A stretch of DNA of 64,000 bases from an uncultured Flavobacteriales bacterium. GTDB lineage: Bacteria > Bacteroidota > Bacteroidia > Flavobacteriales_D > Sanyastnellaceae. A model generated the notes under the pieces. The model worked only from the letters and a program-made list of their open reading frames with translations. It was not told the origin of the DNA and did not search any database. Positions 38,953 through 47,902 of the stretch are shown in pieces. The stretch covers positions 567 through 64,566 of the forward strand of contig CAWVRV010000002.1 in assembly GCA_963932755.1 (NCBI GenBank), given 5' to 3'. The stretch's first letter is position 1. Each line of letters begins with the position of its first letter. The translations under genes and the position numbers were made by a program.

Positions 38953-38957
38953 CTTTG

Positions 38958-39551
38958 ATGATAGTAGTAGGTAACAAACTCCTTTCGGAAGACATTTTCG
39001 AAGTTCAATTCTCTTGCGATATTTCTGCTTGTCAGGGTGCTTGTTGTGTTGAAGGCTCTGGTGGCGCCCCTCTCACTGAGGAGGAATGTGCTATTCTAGA
39101 TGATGTTTTCGAAGATGTCAAGCCTTTTCTCAGAAAGGAAGGTCTTGACGTAATCAAGGAAAAGGGTCTGTTCGTGATGGGCAGCGACGGTACGCTAGAA
39201 ACGCCACTTATTGCTGGCCGAGCTTGTGTTTACACAACGATTTCTCCCAAGGGGAATTTACAATGCGGAATAGAACAAGCCTACAACGAAGGAAAAATTT
39301 CCTGGAAAAAACCCATTTCGTGTCATCTTTACCCCATTCGAGTCAAAGAACTTATTGACTTCACAGCCCTCAATTACCACAAATGGGAAATATGCAATTC
39401 AGCTCTTTCTTGTGGTATTGCAAGAAAAACGTCCATCTTGGAGTTTTGTAAAGATGCGCTTGTACGTCAATTTGGCTTGGAGTGGTATGACGAGGCGTTA
39501 GCCACCATGAAGGTTTGGACAGAGGAAAAGAACAATGAAGGAAAGTCGTAA
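38958..39551 (+). CDS. DUF3109-family Cys-rich protein
   Basis: N-terminal FSCDISACQGACCVEGSGGAPLTEEE matches the Bacteroidetes-restricted DUF3109 pattern as I recall it, ~197 aa. Confidence 0.7.
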   Translation: MIVVGNKLLSEDIFEVQFSCDISACQGACCVEGSGGAPLTEEECAILDDVFEDVKPFLRKEGLDVIKEKGLFVMGSDGTLETPLIAGRACVYTTISPKGNLQCGIEQAYNEGKISWKKPISCHLYPIRVKELIDFTALNYHKWEICNSALSCGIARKTSILEFCKDALVRQFGLEWYDEALATMKVWTEEKNNEGKS

Positions 39552-39558
39552 TGCAGAG

Positions 39559-41028
39559 ATGAGGAACACGCTACTTATTTCATTTGTTACGTTTTTAGGA
39601 GCTTTCATTTGCGCTGACTCTCTCCTTGCTCAGACAAATGATCCATGGTCCATACATCCTGTTTTATCTCTGAATACCTCAGGCAATGACGTGCCATTCG
39701 GTGTCGACTCCTCTTACGTATATCTGAAACGGGAAGGCGTGCACCTGAGGTCCCCTCGTGTAGCGAACCCTGCACTTCCTGGAACACCAGAAAAGGTATC
39801 TATCGTCGCAGTCCGAGATGAAGCTTGGGACGCACTCGGTGAAATCCAGCATGTGTCGATAGATGAGCAACATGGTCTTGCAGTGATTTCAGCTCGCCCA
39901 TACCCTGGTGCCCCTGATTACGATTTGTTCATCAGCTCCACCCTTCCAGAATCTAGATTTAAGAAAGGTGACACGTCGAATCTTTGGTCAAAAGCGTATC
40001 CGTTGGTCTCATTAAACTCTTCATCTGACGAAGTGTATCCTCAATTTATTCAGGGCGGGTTGTATTTTGCCTCCAACAGAAATGAGACAGACTTCGACAT
40101 CTTTTTTGCCCCCCGTCATCTACAATGGCAAAGTGCTTCTGTCCTTGATTCCCCCATCAATTCTGATTCTGACGACCTCTCTTTGGTGGTCCTAAATGAT
40201 GACGATATGTATGTGTGTTCTAACCGAACAAATTCGGAAGGTTTTGACATATATCTCTTGTCGCGAAATAAAAACGAATCCCTCGCGAAGGGTTTCTATT
40301 TGGAATTAACCTTGGATGGAAATCCAGTTTCGGGTGTGGAAGTTAAATGGGTAGAACCATCAGGGTTTAACCGCGGGGCTTCAATATTTGAGAATACCAC
40401 AGACCCTCAAGGATTCATCTCTTTAGATCAGCTGCCCTCAAGCAGGGTTTTGTCTATGCGAATCGGGTCGATAGAGTCACCTGTTGTTGAAGGGACTGTA
40501 GTGCGGATCATGAATGTCAATGGAGAGGTTGTCAGAGAGTATGCCATCAATTCATCAGGCGTTTTCTCTGTGGATTTCTTACCCCTGGACTCAATCAAAG
40601 ATCTTAACTTGAATGATTTGAATGATTTAAGCGGTCTCCCATCTCGTTATCCACCGATCTATACACTCTACTTCGACCTAAATGTATCCACTCCTTCATC
40701 TCAATCTGCAGATCAACTGGAATTGTGGTGGCAGAATAATGCCCAGGATTTTATTGTTAAAACCACGGAGTTCGCGCTCGTATTAGAAGGCCATGCAGAT
40801 GTTACTGGAACGACAGATTCGAATGAAAATTTGAGTCAAAAAAGAGCGGTATGGTTCAAGGAGTGGTTAATATCTCAAGGCGTTCATGCCGAACAAGTCA
40901 GCACGCGTGGTATGGGCGCAAGATTCCCGGTGAAACGTTGTCCAAATCTCTCAGATCCATTTTTAGATTGTCCCCCTGAAGTACACGCTGGAAATAGACG
41001 TGTCGAACTGAGGTGGGAAGTGTTGTAG
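39559..41028 (+). CDS. OmpA-family protein with N-terminal PD40/TolB-like repeats
   Basis: Signal peptide [25 protein letters not shown], and PD40-like segments ([16 protein letters not shown]). C-terminal OmpA-like domain with [25 protein letters not shown]. An alternative ATG lies at 39535. Confidence 0.8.
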   Translation: MRNTLLISFVTFLGAFICADSLLAQTNDPWSIHPVLSLNTSGNDVPFGVDSSYVYLKREGVHLRSPRVANPALPGTPEKVSIVAVRDEAWDALGEIQHVSIDEQHGLAVISARPYPGAPDYDLFISSTLPESRFKKGDTSNLWSKAYPLVSLNSSSDEVYPQFIQGGLYFASNRNETDFDIFFAPRHLQWQSASVLDSPINSDSDDLSLVVLNDDDMYVCSNRTNSEGFDIYLLSRNKNESLAKGFYLELTLDGNPVSGVEVKWVEPSGFNRGASIFENTTDPQGFISLDQLPSSRVLSMRIGSIESPVVEGTVVRIMNVNGEVVREYAINSSGVFSVDFLPLDSIKDLNLNDLNDLSGLPSRYPPIYTLYFDLNVSTPSSQSADQLELWWQNNAQDFIVKTTEFALVLEGHADVTGTTDSNENLSQKRAVWFKEWLISQGVHAEQVSTRGMGARFPVKRCPNLSDPFLDCPPEVHAGNRRVELRWEVL

Positions 41029-41092
41029 ATGTTGTTTAAAATCTAGCGAAATACACACGCAACAACAATCAAAGAATCCATACTTTTACACC

Positions 41093-41443
41093 ATGCTTAT
41101 AACAGTAATGCGCTCAAAACTACACCGACTCACAGTCACTGAGGCGGATTTGAATTACGTAGGGAGTATCTCGCTTGACCCCAACCTTATGGAGGCGGCT
41201 GGCCTCCTAGAAGGGGAAAAGGTCCAAATTGTCAATGTCAATAACGGTGAGAGATTGGAGACCTATACCATTCAAGGAGAACGAGGAACTGGACAAGTTT
41301 GCCTCAATGGCCCTGCTGCCCGACGATGTCAGCCAGGGGACGTCATCATTGTCATTGCGTATGGAATGATGACGATTGAAGAGGCAAAATCGTTTACGCC
41401 CACCGTCGTTTTTCCGGACACAGAAACAAACACCATTCTCTAA
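41093..41443 (+). CDS. panD: Aspartate 1-decarboxylase (pyruvoyl-dependent)
   Basis: [29 protein letters not shown] includes the Gly-Ser self-cleavage site. 116 aa. Confidence 0.95.
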   Translation: MLITVMRSKLHRLTVTEADLNYVGSISLDPNLMEAAGLLEGEKVQIVNVNNGERLETYTIQGERGTGQVCLNGPAARRCQPGDVIIVIAYGMMTIEEAKSFTPTVVFPDTETNTIL

Positions 41444-41445
41444 AT

Positions 41446-42432
41446 ATGAACTGGAAAAAAGCGCTCTCCCTTTCTGTGTTTTTTGCAATAGGCGTCTTTC
41501 TATTTGTGAAACTTATGAATATGGTTGAAGACAAATCCGAGCTTTTTGAATACATGTCTTCGGCGCCAATTTGGGCGATTTCAGTTACTTTCATTATGGG
41601 TTTTTTGGCAATCGTAAGTCGAGGTTACAGATGGTTGCTATTGATAGAACCCATGGGGTATACCGCTTCAGGATTCAGGGCAGTGTGTGCTGTAGCATTT
41701 GGGTATCTCGCAAACACATTCGTTCCCAGATCGGGAGAAGTAGCCCGCTGTGCAGCACTGAACTCCACCGATGACATTCCAGTAAACAAACTTTTAGGCA
41801 CTGTCATCACAGAAAGGGTCGTAGATCTTATCATGCTCTTTCTGTTTATGTCAATTGCTCTTTTGACGAATTACGATGCCGTCATCAGTCTACTTGGTCA
41901 AATAAAACCTCCAGACAGTTCAGGGTTAAAGTATTACATCATTGTCTTTGTTCTCGCAATCCTTCTTCTCGCATTCATAATAAGAAGAACAAATCAATCG
42001 AACAATCCGATACAGAAAAAAATGGTGGAATTTGTCTCAGGTATCGGCAAAGGAATAAAAAGTGTGCTTTTGATGAAACATCGTGTTGTATTCGTCCTGC
42101 ATACATTTTTCATTTGGATCATGTACTTCTTGATGTCTTATGGGCTTTACATTTCTATGGAGGGTTCTAGTGGAATTAGTGTTTTTGAATCCATTTGGGT
42201 CATGGTATCGGGTGGATTCGGGATGGTTTTCCCTGCTCCAGGAGGCATAGGGTCTTATCAATGGGCAGTCACACTGGGCTTTGAGTCGTTAGGATATGAT
42301 AGGCTTGTAGGCGTTTCAGTAGGAAATGTCGTGTGGATTACCCAAACTGGGATGATTATTGTTACAGGCGCTCTGGGATATTTTTTCTTGGCTGCATATC
42401 GTGTTTCTTTGAAGAAGTCCAAACCTGAATGA
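41446..42432 (+). CDS. Lysylphosphatidylglycerol-synthase-TM-like (flippase-like, UPF0104) membrane protein
   Basis: 328-aa polytopic protein with a conserved-looking RGYRW..L segment after TM2. It starts 2 bp after the panD stop and ends in an ATGA overlap with the next gene. Confidence 0.65.
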   Translation: MNWKKALSLSVFFAIGVFLFVKLMNMVEDKSELFEYMSSAPIWAISVTFIMGFLAIVSRGYRWLLLIEPMGYTASGFRAVCAVAFGYLANTFVPRSGEVARCAALNSTDDIPVNKLLGTVITERVVDLIMLFLFMSIALLTNYDAVISLLGQIKPPDSSGLKYYIIVFVLAILLLAFIIRRTNQSNNPIQKKMVEFVSGIGKGIKSVLLMKHRVVFVLHTFFIWIMYFLMSYGLYISMEGSSGISVFESIWVMVSGGFGMVFPAPGGIGSYQWAVTLGFESLGYDRLVGVSVGNVVWITQTGMIIVTGALGYFFLAAYRVSLKKSKPE

Positions 42433-42914
42433 TGTCCCCTTGCACGTTATCTGAATTACTTGAATTGAGATCCACATGGGCTTCTGAAGGGGAGCGTGTT
42501 GTCTTTACAAATGGCGTTTTTGATCTACTTCATGTAGGTCATCTCCATTCTTTGGAATCTGCCAAATCTTATGGAACTCGTTTGGTTGTAGGAATCAACT
42601 CTGACTCCAGTGTGCGTGAACTTGGCAAAGGTCCAGACCGTCCCATACATAGCGACAAGGACAGAGCCAAACTCCTTGGTTCCCTTACGTGTGTAGATGC
42701 AGTTATTGTTTTCTCCGAAAACACACCGCTAGAATTAATATCGGCGCTCTCACCTGATGTTCTCGTCAAAGGAGGCGACTATGACCCCACATGTGAAGAT
42801 CGATCTCACTCGCGTTATATCGTCGGTTCACATGAAGTTCGACGTGCTGGAGGTGTAGTCCACACGATCTCACTCTTGCCCGGGCATAGCACAACAGCAA
42901 TTCTAAATAAGTAA
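42429..42914 (+). CDS. RfaE domain II-like nucleotidyltransferase (D-glycero-beta-D-manno-heptose 1-phosphate adenylyltransferase family)
   Basis: TNGVFDLLHVGH (cytidylyltransferase-fold HxGH motif) with the RfaE-II-like context VVGINSD and VKGGDY. 161 aa. Confidence 0.8.
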   Translation: MMSPCTLSELLELRSTWASEGERVVFTNGVFDLLHVGHLHSLESAKSYGTRLVVGINSDSSVRELGKGPDRPIHSDKDRAKLLGSLTCVDAVIVFSENTPLELISALSPDVLVKGGDYDPTCEDRSHSRYIVGSHEVRRAGGVVHTISLLPGHSTTAILNK

Positions 42915-42918
42915 ACGC

Positions 42919-44253
42919 TTAGATTTCTTCCTCTTCGAGAAACTTCGTGGTGAAGTTTCCAGAGCGAAATTTTTCATTCTTCATCAAACGCTGATGAAAT
43001 GGAATCGTAGTCTTGACACCTTCAATGATGTATTCATCAAGTGCACGTTCCATTTTTGTGATCGCTTCCTCACGGGTTTGGGCCACCACGATGAGTTTCG
43101 CAATCATACTGTCATAGTAAGGAGGGATGCGGTAACCTGCGTAAACGTGAGTGTCTACACGCACGCCATGACCTCCAGGTTGATTGTAATGTGTGATCGT
43201 TCCGGGGCAAGGTGCAAAGTTTCGGTCCGGATCCTCTGCGTTAATTCGACACTGAATCGCATGCATGGAAGGGAAATGATTGCGCCCACTTATTTTCTCT
43301 CGAGCGGCAAGCTTAATCTGCTCCTTGACGAGGTCGTAATTGATGACCTCCTCTGTGATTGTGTGCTCGACTTGAATCCGCGTATTCATCTCCATAAAGT
43401 AGAAATTTCTGTTCGCGTCAACAAGGAATTCAACGGTTCCCACACCTTCATATTTAACAGCTTCAGCAGCTCTTACAGCAGCCTCGCCCATCTTTTCACG
43501 TAGTTTATTCGTGATAAATGGAGAAGGCGTTTCTTCAACTAGTTTTTGATGGCGACGCTGTATTGAACAGTCACGTTCAGATAAGTGACAAGCTTTGCCA
43601 CGGTAGTCTGAAGCAATTTGTATTTCTATGTGACGAGGCTCTACGATGAATTTCTCCATATACATCGCATCGTTGCCAAACGCTGCAGCAGCTTCTCGCC
43701 GTGTGTTTTCCCATGCATAAGCCAACTCTTCGTCATTGCTGCACATCGCCATCCCCTTTCCTCCCCCTCCAGCAGTCGCTTTAATCATGATGGGATATCC
43801 CATGCCATTTGCACATTTCTGCGCCTCTTCATAGGTTTCAAGAATGCCCTCAGACCCCGGGATGGTGGGTACACCTGCATTCTTCATTGTTGTCTTTGCC
43901 GCAGCCTTATCTCCCATAGAATCAATCATCTCAGGACTCGCTCCGATGAATTTGATGTCATTTTCTCTACAAATTCTAGAGAATGCGGAGTTTTCAGATA
44001 GAAACCCGTATCCTGGATGAATTGCGTCTGCATTGGTGATTTCTGCAGCCGCAATGATGTTGGGGATATTAAGGTAACTCTCTGCACTTTTAGGAGGCCC
44101 TATACAAACGGCTTCATCAGCAAACCTTACAGGCAGGCTGTCTTTGTCGGCAGTAGAATAGACCGCTACGGTAGCGATGCCCATTTCTCTGCATGTGCGA
44201 ATCACGCGTAATGCGATTTCGCCTCTATTTGCAATGAGGATTTTCTTAAACAT
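42919..44253 (-). CDS. accC: Acetyl-CoA carboxylase, biotin carboxylase subunit
   Basis: [18 protein letters not shown]-terminus, ATP-grasp core and a conserved C-terminal domain. 444 aa, downstream of accB. Confidence 0.95.
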   Translation of the reverse strand: MFKKILIANRGEIALRVIRTCREMGIATVAVYSTADKDSLPVRFADEAVCIGPPKSAESYLNIPNIIAAAEITNADAIHPGYGFLSENSAFSRICRENDIKFIGASPEMIDSMGDKAAAKTTMKNAGVPTIPGSEGILETYEEAQKCANGMGYPIMIKATAGGGGKGMAMCSNDEELAYAWENTRREAAAAFGNDAMYMEKFIVEPRHIEIQIASDYRGKACHLSERDCSIQRRHQKLVEETPSPFITNKLREKMGEAAVRAAEAVKYEGVGTVEFLVDANRNFYFMEMNTRIQVEHTITEEVINYDLVKEQIKLAAREKISGRNHFPSMHAIQCRINAEDPDRNFAPCPGTITHYNQPGGHGVRVDTHVYAGYRIPPYYDSMIAKLIVVAQTREEAITKMERALDEYIIEGVKTTIPFHQRLMKNEKFRSGNFTTKFLEEEEI

Positions 44254-44275
44254 GACTTTGAGTTTAAGGGTTAAA

Positions 44276-44785
44276 TCAAGTAGGGTCGACGATGAATAAA
44301 GGCTGGTCGTATTCTACAGGATTGTTATCCTCAACAAGGAATTTGACGATTTTACCTGTTACTTCAGACTCTATTTCGTTGAACAGTTTCATCGCTTCAA
44401 TCACGCAAACCACATCACCTTCTTTAATTCTGTCCCCCACATCTTTGAATGGGTCTTTGTCTGGGCTTGGTCGGCGATAAAATGTACCGATCATAGGCGA
44501 CTTCACTTCAATGAGATGAGAAGTGTCCTCAACAACGTTTGAAGCGACAGGTTCAACAGGTCCTTTTGTTTCGACTGTACGTGCTACAACTGGTGCAGCT
44601 ATTTGTTCAGTAAAGTCTATAGGAACGTTTATGCTCTGAACAGGAATGTCTTCACCTGCTCTTCTACGTCCTTTCGGCATTTCAGACTTGATGATTATTT
44701 TAAAGTCCTTCTGTTCTATTTCAACCTCAGTCACACCGGTTTTCGCGATGAACTTGATGAGGTCTTGGATTTCAGTTATTTTCAT
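44276..44785 (-). CDS. accB: Acetyl-CoA carboxylase biotin carboxyl carrier protein
   Basis: C-terminal biotinyl domain carrying the [13 protein letters not shown] motif. Confidence 0.9.
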   Translation of the reverse strand: MKITEIQDLIKFIAKTGVTEVEIEQKDFKIIIKSEMPKGRRRAGEDIPVQSINVPIDFTEQIAAPVVARTVETKGPVEPVASNVVEDTSHLIEVKSPMIGTFYRRPSPDKDPFKDVGDRIKEGDVVCVIEAMKLFNEIESEVTGKIVKFLVEDNNPVEYDQPLFIVDPT

Positions 44786-44825
44786 GATATCATGATTTTC
44801 AGGTCGGAAAGATAATACCTGAAAG

Positions 44826-45818
44826 TTAAGATTTAGCGTTGTATGCCCATTTCAAGTAAATAGACCCCCAGGTGAAGCCACCTCCAAATGCAGCCAAAAT
44901 AAGATTGTCACCTTTTTTTAATTGTGATTCCCAATCTCTAAGGCACAATGGAATTGTTGCTGCAGTAGTGTTTCCGTAGTTCTGGATGTTGATCATTACT
45001 TTCTCTTTGTCAACTCCCATACGCCTTTGGGTTGCGTCTATAATTCTAAGATTTGCTTGGTGAGGCACGAGCCACGCCACATCATCTCCAGTAAGTCCAT
45101 TTCTCTCCATGATTTCGTAACTCACATCCGCCATTCCTGTAACTGCGGCTTTAAACACGGGTTTCCCATCTTGGTATAAGAAATGCATTTTCTTGTCCAC
45201 AGTTTCGTGTGACGCAGGATTCAAAGACCCTCCGGCTTCCTGACGCAGTGAATTAGCTCCTTCTCCATCGCAGTAATGGATGTGGTCGATGATTCCGTCA
45301 TCATCTTCACTTGGCTCTAACAAGACTGCTCCGGCACCGTCACCGAACAGAACACAAGTGGTGCGATCTGTGTAGTCTACAATTGAACTCATTTTGTCAG
45401 CGCCCACAATGACGACTTTCTTGTAAGTCCCGTTTTCAATAAATTGCGTCCCTGTGGTGAGGGCAAATAGGAATCCTGAACAAGCGGCACTTAAATCGAA
45501 TCCCCATGCATTTGTAGCACCAGCTTTGTGCGCGATAAGATTTGCTGTTGAAGGGAAAAGCATATCAGGCGTAACGGTTGCCGTGATAATGACGTCTATT
45601 TCAGTAGGGTCAATGCCTCGTTTTTTACAAAGTTCCTTCACCGCTTCAGCCCCCATAAACGATGATGCTTTTGTAGGATCCTTTAGGATGTGACGTTGCG
45701 AGATCCCCGTACGAGATTTTATCCACTCGTCGTTTGTATCGACCATTTTTGATAGGTCTGCGTTTGTAAGAGTATCCTCGGGAACGTATCCCGCTACAGA
45801 TGTAATTGCTGCTCGCAT
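44826..45818 (-). CDS. fabH: Beta-ketoacyl-ACP synthase III
   Basis: Catalytic triad contexts DLSAACSGF (Cys), VPHQANLRI (His) and [10 protein letters not shown] (Asn). ATG at 45818 is preferred over the TTG at 45839, which lies inside a -7 promoter box. Confidence 0.9.
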   Translation of the reverse strand: MRAAITSVAGYVPEDTLTNADLSKMVDTNDEWIKSRTGISQRHILKDPTKASSFMGAEAVKELCKKRGIDPTEIDVIITATVTPDMLFPSTANLIAHKAGATNAWGFDLSAACSGFLFALTTGTQFIENGTYKKVVIVGADKMSSIVDYTDRTTCVLFGDGAGAVLLEPSEDDDGIIDHIHYCDGEGANSLRQEAGGSLNPASHETVDKKMHFLYQDGKPVFKAAVTGMADVSYEIMERNGLTGDDVAWLVPHQANLRIIDATQRRMGVDKEKVMINIQNYGNTTAATIPLCLRDWESQLKKGDNLILAAFGGGFTWGSIYLKWAYNAKS

Positions 45819-45836
45819 GAAATTATAATTGTTGGC

Positions 45837-45844
45837 CAAAGTTA
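45837..45844 (-). promoter_or_regulatory. Putative -7 promoter box TAACTTTG upstream of fabH-accB-accC
   Basis: Exact TAnnTTTG on the minus strand (plus strand caaagtta), 18 nt upstream of the ATG at 45818. Confidence 0.4.
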
Positions 45845-45930
45845 TACGGCGAACTCGTACGCTTTAATGAATTTGTCAGGAGTCTTAACTTCGTTTGGTG
45901 GATAACCATGAGTAAAGAAAACTATAATAA

Positions 45931-45956
45931 ATAGAAAAAGGGGGCAGAAGCCCCCT
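45931..45956 (-). terminator. Rho-independent terminator downstream of rpmF
   Basis: The minus strand reads AAGGGGGC-TTCT-GCCCCCTT followed by TTTCTATTT: an 8-bp GC-rich stem, 4-nt loop and U-rich tail, ~43 nt after the rpmF stop. Confidence 0.8.
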
Positions 45957-45998
45957 TCAATTCGTAAGAGAATAAACAATCGTTACCCCCAATAAAGT

Positions 45999-46187
45999 TT
46001 ACGCTTCTTCGCGCTCCATCACAACTTTACCTTTGTAGTAAAGCTTTCCTTCATGCCAGTGGGCACGATGGAACATATGTGGTTGACCAGTTGTAGGGCA
46101 GGTGCTTACGTTAGGTGCTGTTGCCTTGTAGTGCGTGCGACGTTTACGTGTACGCGTACTACTCTGCCGGTTTTTTGGATGTGCCAT
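45999..46187 (-). CDS. rpmF: 50S ribosomal protein L32
   Basis: [21 protein letters not shown].. basic N-terminus, 62 aa, adjacent to the yceD-like gene. Confidence 0.9.
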   Translation of the reverse strand: MAHPKNRQSSTRTRKRRTHYKATAPNVSTCPTTGQPHMFHRAHWHEGKLYYKGKVVMEREEA

Positions 46188-46197
46188 TTCGGTGTTA

Positions 46198-46701
46198 TTA
46201 CAATTTCTTCAATGCGTCCCAACGAGGGTCCGTTTGTTTTTTACTTTCTTCTTCTAAATCATTCATCGTGTAACCGAGCATATTTGGATCGCAATCGGAT
46301 TCATTTTCATGAACTCGGTTCGTAGGTCGAGAGACATGAGCCATCTCGTAAATGGTTTGGCTTATATCTAATTCAAACTCATTTTTACCTAAGATCCACA
46401 AAGCGTCGGAATACTCAGTTTCATCTCCATAACGAATTGCGATTTGCTCTTCGTGTTGAAGCGGAAAGGAAAGTTCCTCTAGACAACGTCCACAAGGTAC
46501 CTTCCATGTGAGATCTAGTGAAAGGCGTAAGGTCATAGTAGTGACCGAATACTCTAACACGATATCCAAAATGCCTTGGGCACTCTGGATTTCTGATTCA
46601 GGGAAGCAAGCAAAGAACTCAGGATCCACGTCCATTCGGAATTCGTGATTCCCAGGCTTAAGACCCATAAATGGGATTTTATAGTTTGCCAAAGGATTCA
46701 T
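46198..46701 (-). CDS. DUF177 (YceD-like) protein
   Basis: Conserved position immediately upstream of rpmF, with a CxRC-containing segment ([10 protein letters not shown]). ATG at 46701 is preferred over the TTG at 46725, which lies inside a -7 box. Confidence 0.75.
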   Translation of the reverse strand: MNPLANYKIPFMGLKPGNHEFRMDVDPEFFACFPESEIQSAQGILDIVLEYSVTTMTLRLSLDLTWKVPCGRCLEELSFPLQHEEQIAIRYGDETEYSDALWILGKNEFELDISQTIYEMAHVSRPTNRVHENESDCDPNMLGYTMNDLEEESKKQTDPRWDALKKL

Positions 46702-46722
46702 TCCGTCCAAATTTCGGGACGG

Positions 46723-46730
46723 CAAAGATA
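46723..46730 (-). promoter_or_regulatory. Putative -7 promoter box TATCTTTG upstream of the yceD-like gene and rpmF
   Basis: Exact TAnnTTTG on the minus strand, 21 nt upstream of the ATG at 46701. Confidence 0.4.
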
Positions 46731-46766
46731 GTGTATAGATAGCTGCTTCCCAATAATTTTCTACAA

Positions 46767-47822
46767 TTAACGTCTAGAGTCGCGGTAATCGCGTTTAGGG
46801 GGTGCGATTTCCAGTGGATTTGACGTTAATTCTTTGTGCTCAAGTCTGCTTTTATGGATATCCTGAGCAAGAAATATTGCTGTGCGCATTGAGTCTGGAG
46901 ATGCTGTGCCTTTGCCTGCAATATCAAACCCCGTCCCATGGTCAGGGCTGGTTCTGACAATGGGTAGGCCTGCAGTAAAGTTCACGCCTCTGCCGAAACT
47001 CATCGCTTTGAAAGGAGCCAATCCTTGGTCGTGATACATTGCAAGAACTCCGTCAAAATCTTTGTGTGCTCCTGAGCCGAAAAATCCATCTGCAGCAAAA
47101 GGACCGAAAACGTTCATGCCAGCAGTATTTGCATCTTTCACGGCCGGCCCTATCATGTTTTGTTCTTCATCACCCATAAGTCCATTGTCTCCAGCATGCG
47201 GATTGAGTCCCAAAACAGCGATTCTCGGAGAAGCACATCCGAAATCTCGTGCAAGAGATTCGTGCATTAGGTTGAGTTTGCTTTTGATGCTTTTTGCAGT
47301 GAGAGAGGACGCAACGTCCTTAAGTGCGATATGTCCTGTTACAATACCTATGCGAAGGTTTTCAGCGACGAGAAACATCAACACATCTTCTGCGTTTGCC
47401 ATGTGGGCCAAATACTCGGTGTGTCCTGGAAATTTAAATCCAGATTGCGTAATTGCCTCTTTGTTAATCGGAGCTGTCACAAGAACATCCACCTTGCTAG
47501 ATGCCAGGTCTTCAACGGCGCTCTCAAGTGATTTATAAGAGTAGTGTCCCGCCTCAGAAGTTAATGCCCCAGGGCGGTGACTGAAGTCCTCAACAGAGAT
47601 GTTGAGTATGTTAAGCTGTCCCTCTTTTGCGTTTTCAGCAGAATCTACTTCACTCCAGTTTAGGTCTTTTAATCCAAGCGCCTCAAGATTTTTAGTGACA
47701 AGGTCTGGAGAAGCGTATAAAACTGGCGTAAGGCCGATCAACATTCTATCGTCTGCAAAAACGTGTAAAATAGTTTCAATACCTATTCCATTTGGGTCGC
47801 CTGAAGTAAGTCCTATTCGCAT
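46767..47822 (-). CDS. pdxA: 4-hydroxythreonine-4-phosphate dehydrogenase
   Basis: GDPNGIGIE, FPGHTEYLA and TSPDHGT motifs. ATG at 47822 (MRIGLTSGDP) is preferred over the TTG at 47846, which lies inside a -7 box. Confidence 0.9.
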   Translation of the reverse strand: MRIGLTSGDPNGIGIETILHVFADDRMLIGLTPVLYASPDLVTKNLEALGLKDLNWSEVDSAENAKEGQLNILNISVEDFSHRPGALTSEAGHYSYKSLESAVEDLASSKVDVLVTAPINKEAITQSGFKFPGHTEYLAHMANAEDVLMFLVAENLRIGIVTGHIALKDVASSLTAKSIKSKLNLMHESLARDFGCASPRIAVLGLNPHAGDNGLMGDEEQNMIGPAVKDANTAGMNVFGPFAADGFFGSGAHKDFDGVLAMYHDQGLAPFKAMSFGRGVNFTAGLPIVRTSPDHGTGFDIAGKGTASPDSMRTAIFLAQDIHKSRLEHKELTSNPLEIAPPKRDYRDSRR

Positions 47823-47843
47823 AAGTTGTCGTTTTATGAATCT

Positions 47844-47851
47844 CAAAGGTA
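47844..47851 (-). promoter_or_regulatory. Putative -7 promoter box TACCTTTG upstream of pdxA
   Basis: Exact TAnnTTTG on the minus strand, 21 nt upstream of the ATG at 47822. Confidence 0.4.
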
Positions 47852-47902
47852 GCTATCAAAACCTCGCGTTCGTGCCCCAGTCGTGATGTAACTTAGTCGT
47901 CT

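Noticed and set aside
45819-45839. Longer N-terminal extensions offered by the ORF track from TTG/GTG starts. These affect fabH (45839), pdxA (47846), yceD-like (46725), kpsF (56443), cvpA (17360), SDR (30738), the PLP enzyme (34772), the ABC permease (12044) and the M20 gene (59878).
   Set aside because: In several cases the extension contains the predicted -7 promoter box itself. The family-conserved N-termini begin at the downstream ATG ([33 protein letters not shown] and others). The extensions add non-conserved residues.
46703-46722. 6-bp hairpin (CCGTCC / GGACGG, 8-nt loop) just upstream of the yceD-like ATG.
   Set aside because: The stem is short. It overlaps the predicted transcription start downstream of the 46723-46730 box, so much of it may not be transcribed. 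That is not enough to call a regulatory structure.
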